In this document: piece by piece, positions 1 to 6,523 of the stretch | Layout: every line of letters starts with the position of its first letter | Position numbering within the stretch: the stretch's first letter is position 1 | NCBI GenBank assembly: GCA_044450345.1 | Contig: JBIOIY010000022.1 | Location: 1 to 41,879, forward strand | Source: Thermodesulfovibrionales bacterium | Lineage (GTDB): Bacteria > Nitrospirota > Thermodesulfovibrionia > Thermodesulfovibrionales > UBA6898 | Direction: 5' to 3' | Length of the DNA: 41,879 nucleotides | Notes under the pieces: model-generated | Told to the model about the DNA's origin: nothing | Databases searched by the model: none | What the model saw: the letters and a program-made list of their open reading frames with translations, nothing else | Translations under genes and position numbers: made by a program

Positions 1-1
1 G

Positions 2-655
2 AAGAAGTTCGTCCCGACCGTTCTTAAACCCGGCCAGAAGGTCATCTACCAAAAATATGCCGAAAGGGAGATAGAGCTGGGCGGCGAGGTTGTTACGCTC
101 GTCAGAGAAGAAGACATCCTCGGCACGGTAGAGGATTACGCCGTCACCGAGAAAAAGACGCACGCCCTTGAGGAAAAAAGAGATGGGTCGGTTGAGGTCA
201 GGAAGAAAGCCCATGTTCCGGCGGTCATGCCGGCCAGGGGGTCGGAAGAAAGACCTGCAACAGAGGAAAAGAAATCTCCGGCGAAGAAAACGACGGCAGA
301 GGAGAGGACTTCAAAAACGCCCCCGGCAAAAAAGGAAAAACGCGCAGTAATAAAGGCGAAGACAGTGGAAAGGGCTGCTGCGAAAAAGCCTGTGAAAAAA
401 ACAGTCCGGAAGAAGACAACGAAGAAGGCGGCGACAAAGGCGGCTCCTGCCAGGAAGAAGGTCCAGTCTCCGGCCAAGAAATCCCTAACCGTTAAAAAGA
501 CGACGAAGAAGGTCGTGGCCAAGAAGAAGGCTGCAGTAAAGGCCGTCCCGAAGAAAACGGTGAAGCCGGCGCCGAAGAAGACCGCAGTGAAAAAGATCAC
601 TGTTAAAAAGACTGCGAAAAAGACATTGGCGAAGACCAAAGGCAAAAAGAAATAG
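2..655 (+). CDS. GroES/Cpn10-like protein with long Lys/Ala-rich histone H1-like C-terminal tail (5'-truncated by window)
   Basis: The frame is open from position 2 and continues into the 227..655 ORF. It reads KKFVPTVLKPGQKVIYQKYAEREIELGGEVVTLVREEDILGTVE, matching the GroES C-terminal half (V.PG.KV...KY...E.....E.....REEDILG), followed by a tail of KK/PAKK repeats. Confidence 0.75.
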   Translation, partial: KKFVPTVLKPGQKVIYQKYAEREIELGGEVVTLVREEDILGTVEDYAVTEKKTHALEEKRDGSVEVRKKAHVPAVMPARGSEERPATEEKKSPAKKTTAEERTSKTPPAKKEKRAVIKAKTVERAAAKKPVKKTVRKKTTKKAATKAAPARKKVQSPAKKSLTVKKTTKKVVAKKKAAVKAVPKKTVKPAPKKTAVKKITVKKTAKKTLAKTKGKKK

Positions 656-669
656 AATCTGACTTATCC

Positions 670-698
670 GGGGGCTTTCCCAAGCCCCCCTTTGCTTT
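670..698 (+). terminator. Intrinsic terminator-like hairpin
   Basis: GGGGGCTT/AAGCCCCC stem with a 4-nt loop, followed by a T-rich run, between convergent genes. Confidence 0.55.
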
Positions 699-759
699 GA
701 CCTCCCCTTCGCTACGAGTCGTAGACAAGGCACGCAAAGAATATCATAGCAGCGAAGGG

Positions 760-1947
760 TTATTCGGTATGTGTTCTCTCTTCAGGAGGCAGGTAAGTAC
801 ATCCCATTTTGCCGCAGTATTGGCCGACGTATTCCGACTCGGGCCTGTATAGGGCGGGTTTTTCCTGCGCGTCTGCGAACTTCTCCTCGATGATATGCGC
901 GCACCAGCCGGCTATCCGGGAGACGGCAAAAAGAGGCGTCATGAGATCGACAGGGACGCCCATCATATGGTACACAGAGGCGCTGTAAAAGTCGCAATTA
1001 GGTTTTATCGTCTTTTTCCCTCTTCTGTCAAATTCTTCGAGGGCGGCCTGCTCAACCTGGATCGACAGGTCATACCATTTCTTTTGTCCCAGTTTCTCAC
1101 CGAGGCGGCGTGACATTTCTCTGAGAATCGCGGCCCTCGGGTCCATCGTCTTGTAGACCGCGTGTCCCATCCCCATGATCTTCCTGCCCTGATCGATCTC
1201 CTTCCGCACCCACCCCGCGATGTCTTTTTCCTGTTCCAGTTCCATGAGCATCTTCATGACCCGGGCGTTGGCGCCGCCGTGAAGGCTTCCTGAAAGTGCG
1301 CCTACCCCGGCTGCCACTCCGGCATACATATGGGCCCTCGTCGAGACAACCTCGCGGCAGGCGAAGGTAGATGCGTTAAATGTGTGGTCCGCATGCAGGA
1401 TGAGACAGATGTCGAGGTCCCGGGCGGTCTCGGGGTCAGGTTTTCTTCCGTGCAGCTGCCAGAGGAAGTTGCCGGCGTGAGACAGACTGTTGTCAGCAGA
1501 AAGCGGCTCGAAACCGTTTCTGATCCTGTGCCAGGCAGCGACGAGTACGGGGATCCTTGCGATCAGCCTGATCGCCTTTCTTAAGTTCCCCTCCCGCGTC
1601 TCATCCGGCAGTTCGCGGTCGGCAATGGCAAGGAGGGGCACGGACGCCTGGAGCACGTCCATCGGGGGTGACTGCTTCGGCCAGCTTCTGAATGAATCGT
1701 AGATAAAGCCCGGCATCTCTTTCGACTCCGCTACGTGCCTGGTGAAAGAGTTGAGCTGGTCTTTATCCGGAAGCCCGTCATTGAGGAGAAGCCAGGCAGT
1801 ATCGGGAAAGGTGGACTTTCCGGCAAGGTCCTCGATCCGGTAACCGCGGTAGATAAGGACGCCTTGTTCTCCATCGATGAAACTGATCTTCGTATCGGCC
1901 ACAGGGACCCCGCGGAGGCCGGTATTTTTTATGCGGACTGTTTCCAT
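760..1947 (-). CDS. gltA: Citrate synthase (short, citrate/2-methylcitrate synthase family)
   Basis: GLRGV, YRGYRIEDL, HADHTFNASTF, LHGGAN, MGMGHAVYK..DPR, PNCDFYS, SRIAGW.AH motifs. Confidence 0.93.
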   Translation of the reverse strand: METVRIKNTGLRGVPVADTKISFIDGEQGVLIYRGYRIEDLAGKSTFPDTAWLLLNDGLPDKDQLNSFTRHVAESKEMPGFIYDSFRSWPKQSPPMDVLQASVPLLAIADRELPDETREGNLRKAIRLIARIPVLVAAWHRIRNGFEPLSADNSLSHAGNFLWQLHGRKPDPETARDLDICLILHADHTFNASTFACREVVSTRAHMYAGVAAGVGALSGSLHGGANARVMKMLMELEQEKDIAGWVRKEIDQGRKIMGMGHAVYKTMDPRAAILREMSRRLGEKLGQKKWYDLSIQVEQAALEEFDRRGKKTIKPNCDFYSASVYHMMGVPVDLMTPLFAVSRIAGWCAHIIEEKFADAQEKPALYRPESEYVGQYCGKMGCTYLPPEERTHTE

Positions 1948-1992
1948 TTTTGTCGCTCCCTTTCCTGCTCCGGAAATTATTTCCCGGTGATG

Positions 1993-2943
1993 CTACTGCA
2001 CCTCAACCATAAAACTCAGGACTACAACCTTGCCCTTGCGCCCGACCTGGCTGAATACCTGGTAGAGCCCCTTAACCGGAAATACGACCGGGACGTCTAT
2101 CTCAGGGCCGAATTTTTTCGGCACGTTCATATGCATCATGTGTCCCATATGCTCATGTCCCCCCATATGCCCCATTGTGGCCCCCGGCAACTCGCCGTGC
2201 TCATGCATGAAATTGTCGAGGTCCGAAGAGATGATCGCGACATGCATAGGCGCCGCAAGATACGGCTCGAGGTTTGTAACCGGCTCGCCGTCCTTCTTGA
2301 TAATATATTTCAAGGTCGCCTCTTTCCCGGCGGTGATCGTTTCAGGGACAGTTGCGAGGATCACCGATAAATCCCCGAACTTCTTTTCGCGGGAGAGGTC
2401 TTTTGTAAAAGGGCCCATCTTCGGTCCGCCGCCGACATCGACAGTAAAATGCTCGGAAATGAGATTGTCCTTCGCGGCCGTGTCGATGGCGATGATATAG
2501 TGTCCTGCCTTCGGGAAGGTGAAGCGAACCGGATATTCCGCCTTCTTCTTCATCTCATCCGTGATCGGCCCGAAATCGTCGGGGTGGAGATGCGCGAACA
2601 CGGTAAAATCGGCCGAGGCGATGACCACATGTACCAGGCGGTCGTGTGTGATCTGAAGGTCCCGGATCGGCTTGCCTTCGCCGTCTTTAATCGTAAAGAG
2701 TATCTTTGCCCCGGCCCCCGCCTTTAACTCAGCAGGCACCGTCTCGAGGTCAACAATGACCTCGGAGGCCTTCATCATCTGCATATCTCCGCCGTGGTCG
2801 GCATGATGATGTTCGTGCATCATGGACATTTCGGAAAAAACATTGCTGCAGAAGACCAGAGGCATAATTACGGCAACCAATACGAAGACATACCGCAGAA
2901 AGCTATCGCGTCCCTTTAAAAAAATGATGAGTCTGTTCGTCAT
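1993..2943 (-). CDS. Exported His/Met-rich putative heavy-metal-binding protein with two repeated beta-sandwich-like domains
   Basis: N-terminal hydrophobic signal; MHEHHHADH and MGHMGGHEHMGHMMHM tracts; repeated H(V)(V/A)I.S.D...F.H.H and F.FP..G.Y motifs. Confidence 0.65.
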   Translation of the reverse strand: MTNRLIIFLKGRDSFLRYVFVLVAVIMPLVFCSNVFSEMSMMHEHHHADHGGDMQMMKASEVIVDLETVPAELKAGAGAKILFTIKDGEGKPIRDLQITHDRLVHVVIASADFTVFAHLHPDDFGPITDEMKKKAEYPVRFTFPKAGHYIIAIDTAAKDNLISEHFTVDVGGGPKMGPFTKDLSREKKFGDLSVILATVPETITAGKEATLKYIIKKDGEPVTNLEPYLAAPMHVAIISSDLDNFMHEHGELPGATMGHMGGHEHMGHMMHMNVPKKFGPEIDVPVVFPVKGLYQVFSQVGRKGKVVVLSFMVEVQ

Positions 2944-3222
2944 ATATAGCTCCTTGTTGTGAGTACGTGGATCTTAAAAGAATTATATCACGACAAATTA
3001 AGGACGCAAGATATAAGGCCTGACAATTTGTACATTTCTGTTTGCAACTATTGTAAACGCCTTTCATTACTTGGCATCCGTGCAACTAATCCAATCTCGA
3101 TTACTGTTATTTATCTGCATTTCAAAAAAGCGGATGCAAAATCGGGCATCCTTCCTGAAATGTTGATTTTGGCTCTTGTCTTTGCGACTCAAGATTTGAT
3201 ATGGGAAATCGATAGAATACAC

Positions 3223-3311
3223 GTAGCTATCAATCCTGAGCGTCAAGATGTGATTATGGACTTGCCACGTTAAGGGAACTTGAAGTTGACGGGTCAGGAT
3301 TTGACAGCTAC
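3223..3311. repeat. Imperfect long inverted repeat (arms 3223-3246 and 3286-3311)
   Basis: GTAGCTATCAATCCTGAGCGTCAA versus the reverse complement of the right arm, GTAGCTGTCAAATCCTGACCCGTCAA. Confidence 0.6.
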
Positions 3312-3314
3312 TAT
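3286..3314 (+). promoter_or_regulatory. Putative sigma70 promoter of the signalling operon
   Basis: TTGACG-17 nt-TACTAT, placed just upstream of the riboswitch-like leader. Confidence 0.5.
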
Positions 3315-3334
3315 CAGACATACAATAAACGACC

Positions 3335-3413
3335 CCGACATAACTAACCCGGTCGACGGAAGGGGACGGAAAGCGGCCGGTCTTAGGGAAAATGACCAAA
3401 CTGCCGAAGGATC
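3335..3413 (+). ncRNA. Diverged GEMM-I (c-di-GMP-I / c-AMP-GMP) riboswitch-like element
   Basis: CGACA..ACTAA.CC ... GGGACGGAAAGC ... GGTCT ... GAC ... CTGCCGAA follows the order of conserved blocks in Geobacter-type GEMM-Ib aptamers. It lies in a 5' leader. The P2 loop and P3 look degenerate. Confidence 0.6.
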
Positions 3414-3469
3414 AAACACCTTGCGTGTATTCGGCCTTTCTGTTATATTCACGCAAAAGGAGGCGTTCG

Positions 3470-4516
3470 ATGAGGGACCAAAAAACTAAGGGTTGGAGCC
3501 GGCGGGAATTTCTTGGAGGGCTTGCGCTTGCCGGGACAGCCGCTATGATCGGCTTGCGGCCCGGACCTGGCATGGCAGCCAAGGAACCGCCGCCCGAGAC
3601 AAAAACACTGCGGCTGCGGTATTGGGACCCGGCATGCTGGGCGCCGTTCTACCTGGCAGAACCGTTTCTGCGCGAGGAAGGTTTTTCCGATATCCATTAC
3701 ATTGCGGCGCCGGGACCGGAAGTTGCGGACATGTTCAAAAAGGGCCTGGTGGATCTGAACCCGGAATTCTCTGTCGCTGGAATATATAACGGTGCAACAC
3801 TTGGTGCGCCCTTTAAATTCCTCTCCGGGCTGCATGTGGGATGCTATGCGCTCATCGGAAGCGATAGGGTCCGTTCGGTCCGCGACCTCAAGGGAAAGAC
3901 GGTCTGGGCCGGTCCTGTCGAAAACAACGGCCCTCACCTCTTTTTATCCGCTATTGTCTCTTACGTAGGCCTTGATCCGCGCAAGGACATTAAATTCGTT
4001 TGGGTAAAAAAAGATGAGGCAATGGATTTGTTCCAGAAAAACAAGATCGATGCGTTTATTTCCTTTCCTCCTGGTCCGCAGGAGCTTATGGCCAAAGGCA
4101 TCGGCCGCCTCCTCCTGGACACAAACGTGGACAAACCCTGGTCCCAATATTTCTGCTGCATGGTCAGCGGGCAGAGCGATTTCGTTAAGAACAACCCTAT
4201 CGCAACGAAACGCGCGCTTCGGGCCATTCTGAAGGCGATCGACCTGGTTTCCCGTGATCCTGCGATGGCTGCGCGCGAACTGCTGGCGAGGAAGATCGTG
4301 AAGCAGAAGGATGAGAAACACGTTCTCCAGTCGCTCAAGGAGATCCCTTATGGGCGGTGGCGGGAATATAATCCCGAAGATACGATCAGGTTTTACGCCC
4401 TGCGCATGCGGGATACCGGGATGCTGAAGACCAATCCCCAACAGTTCATTGATCAGTATACGGACTGGCGCTTTATCAGGGAACTGAAAAAGGAATTCGG
4501 GATAACAGCGTGGTAA
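3470..4516 (+). CDS. Tat-exported NMT1/SsuA/TauA-family solute-binding protein
   Basis: AGGAGG precedes the ATG at 3470; SRREFL twin-arginine signal; APFYLAE, SVRDLKGKTV, IDAF..FPP and QYFCC motifs. Confidence 0.85.
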   Translation: MRDQKTKGWSRREFLGGLALAGTAAMIGLRPGPGMAAKEPPPETKTLRLRYWDPACWAPFYLAEPFLREEGFSDIHYIAAPGPEVADMFKKGLVDLNPEFSVAGIYNGATLGAPFKFLSGLHVGCYALIGSDRVRSVRDLKGKTVWAGPVENNGPHLFLSAIVSYVGLDPRKDIKFVWVKKDEAMDLFQKNKIDAFISFPPGPQELMAKGIGRLLLDTNVDKPWSQYFCCMVSGQSDFVKNNPIATKRALRAILKAIDLVSRDPAMAARELLARKIVKQKDEKHVLQSLKEIPYGRWREYNPEDTIRFYALRMRDTGMLKTNPQQFIDQYTDWRFIRELKKEFGITAW

Positions 4517-4561
4517 AGACACTTGATGCCGTGCAAGAGCCGAGACTTAAGGGCTGCTGAC

Positions 4562-6130
4562 ATGAAGGACTGGCTGCCCCGGTTTGTGGCAAGAGCGCCT
4601 TTCACGGTACATGCCAAGCTGATCGGGGCCTTCTTCGCCATCGTTGCGCTGCTGATCATATTCGGCATCGTTGTCCTTCAGGTCTTGGGCGGTATTAACC
4701 ATCGTTCCGAGGACGTCGCCAAGCTCCGGCGCAAGGTTGCTGCGTTCCGTCAGCTCCAGCACGATACGACCACTCAACTCTACAGCATCACAACCGCGCT
4801 TCTGTCTCCGGAGGATCGGATGCTTGAAAGCGCCCTTCGTCAACTGCATGAGTTCAGGTACGACCTTGAGCGGCTTCAGTTTGTAACAAAGGACGAGGTG
4901 GAGCTTTATAATAAGATCGGAAAAGAACATGAGCAATTGGTCGAGGTGATAACTAAGATCGTGGAGCTTACCCGGAAACGTGAATTCGCCAGGGCAAGGG
5001 AACTCCGGATGACCAAAACGACCCCGCTGGCCGACAGCCTGGAAAGGCTGACTAACGAGATGGTGAACAGGGCTGAGGCTGAAATGGAGACGAAGATCGA
5101 CGAGAGCAACCAGGCATACCTGACATCCCGATGGGTGGTCATCGGATTTGCTGTCGGGAGCATCGGCCTTGCAATTTTGCTTGGGTACGCGGTCTCTTCA
5201 TCACTGATGGGGCCGGTCATGCTTATGGATGAGCGGCTCAGACAGATCGCATCGGGTGATTTTTCCAGACGTGTCGAAGTTCCAAACAGGGACGAGTTGG
5301 GGCGACTTGCAAACAACTTGAATCGTATGAGCGAAGAGTTAAGAGATCTTTATCAGAAGATCGAGGCTGCGAGCCGGCACAAGTCCGATTTCCTGGCCAG
5401 CATGAGCCATGAGCTGCGGACGCCTCTGAATGCCATCATCGGCTACAGCGAGATGTTGGCGGAAGACGCTCTCGATCGGGGCCAGAAGGGCTTCATCCCT
5501 GACCTTCAGAAGATCCGTGCCTCAGGCAAACATCTCCTCGAACTCATTAATGACATCCTTGACCTCTCCAAGATCGAGGCAGGAAAGGTCGAACTCTTCC
5601 CTGAGACTTTTAATGTTAAGCCCTTGATTGAGGAAGTGGCAAGCACTGTCCAGCCCTTGATTGAAAAGAATTCAAATATCCTCGTAATTAACTGCGATGA
5701 CAATATGGGCGCCATATACGCTGATATCACGAAAGTCCGGCAGATACTGTTTAATCTGCTCAGCAATGCCTGCAAATTTACCGAACTCGGGACCATTACC
5801 CTGGATGCAGTCCAGGATTATTCAGAAGAAGCCGACTGGCTTTCGGTGAGCGTAATTGATACGGGTATCGGCATGACAGAGGAACAGATGGGAAAACTGT
5901 TCCAGCCATTCTCGCAGGCGGATATTCAAACCGCGAGAAAATTCGGGGGGACCGGACTGGGGCTGGCGATAACCAGACAATACTGCGAGATGATGGGTGG
6001 TAACATTAAGGTGAAAAGCGAGCGCGGCAGGGGCACTGCATTTACCGTAAGGCTTCCTATGACAGCACCACCTTCCAAGGCTGATACAACTTCATTGGCA
6101 ACATCAGACGATTCGTCAAAATCTGTATAA
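4562..6130 (+). CDS. Membrane sensor histidine kinase (TM-helical periplasmic domain-TM-HAMP-HisKA-HATPase)
   Basis: Two TM segments, HAMP (RDELGRLA..LN.M), H-box MSHELRTPLNAI, NLLSNA.KFT, DTGIGM, F.PF.Q, GGTGLGL. Start uncertain (frame open from 4523). Confidence 0.93.
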   Translation: MKDWLPRFVARAPFTVHAKLIGAFFAIVALLIIFGIVVLQVLGGINHRSEDVAKLRRKVAAFRQLQHDTTTQLYSITTALLSPEDRMLESALRQLHEFRYDLERLQFVTKDEVELYNKIGKEHEQLVEVITKIVELTRKREFARARELRMTKTTPLADSLERLTNEMVNRAEAEMETKIDESNQAYLTSRWVVIGFAVGSIGLAILLGYAVSSSLMGPVMLMDERLRQIASGDFSRRVEVPNRDELGRLANNLNRMSEELRDLYQKIEAASRHKSDFLASMSHELRTPLNAIIGYSEMLAEDALDRGQKGFIPDLQKIRASGKHLLELINDILDLSKIEAGKVELFPETFNVKPLIEEVASTVQPLIEKNSNILVINCDDNMGAIYADITKVRQILFNLLSNACKFTELGTITLDAVQDYSEEADWLSVSVIDTGIGMTEEQMGKLFQPFSQADIQTARKFGGTGLGLAITRQYCEMMGGNIKVKSERGRGTAFTVRLPMTAPPSKADTTSLATSDDSSKSV

Positions 6131-6145
6131 CAGGGAAGGAGATCC

Positions 6146-6523
6146 GTGTCCAGGATACTTTTGGTGGAAGACAATGAGATGAATCTGGATATGCTGTCCC
6201 GTCGGCTCCGGCGCAAAGGATATGAAGTTGTGATCGCCGTAGACGGTGAGGCGGGAGTGACCATGGCCGCCTCAGAACGGCCGGACCTTATACTGATGGA
6301 CATGAGCCTTCCTGTGCTTGATGGATGGGAAGCGACCCGGCGGCTCAAGGGCTCGCCGGAGACAGCAGCGATACCGGTCATAGCCCTGACGTCCCATGCC
6401 ATGGCAGGGGACCGTGAAAAGGCCATGGGGGCAGGATGTGACGACTATGATACAAAACCCGTGGATTTTGAGCGGCTGCTTGCGAAAATAGAGGCGCTCC
6501 TGAAGAAACAGGAGAAACCATGA
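6146..6523 (+). CDS. Single-domain response regulator (DivK/CheY-like)
   Basis: LLVEDN, PDLILMDMSLP, DG, IALT, KP motifs; RBS AAGGAG. Confidence 0.92.
   Translation: MSRILLVEDNEMNLDMLSRRLRRKGYEVVIAVDGEAGVTMAASERPDLILMDMSLPVLDGWEATRRLKGSPETAAIPVIALTSHAMAGDREKAMGAGCDDYDTKPVDFERLLAKIEALLKKQEKP

Noticed and set aside
136..645. 169-aa hydrophobic ORF on the minus strand
   Set aside because: It is the antisense shadow of the Lys-rich tail (AAA/AAG codons read as Phe/Leu).
2990..3030. Third GEMM-like fragment (GGACGCAAGATATAAGGCCTGA)
   Set aside because: Only a short partial resemblance, with no supporting P1/P2 or 3' blocks.
2959..3469. ORFs 2959..3273, 3067..3399, 3280..3489 and the 3392 start extension
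   Set aside because: No recognisable motifs. They overlap promoter, inverted-repeat and riboswitch-like sequence, and the RBS supports the start at 3470.
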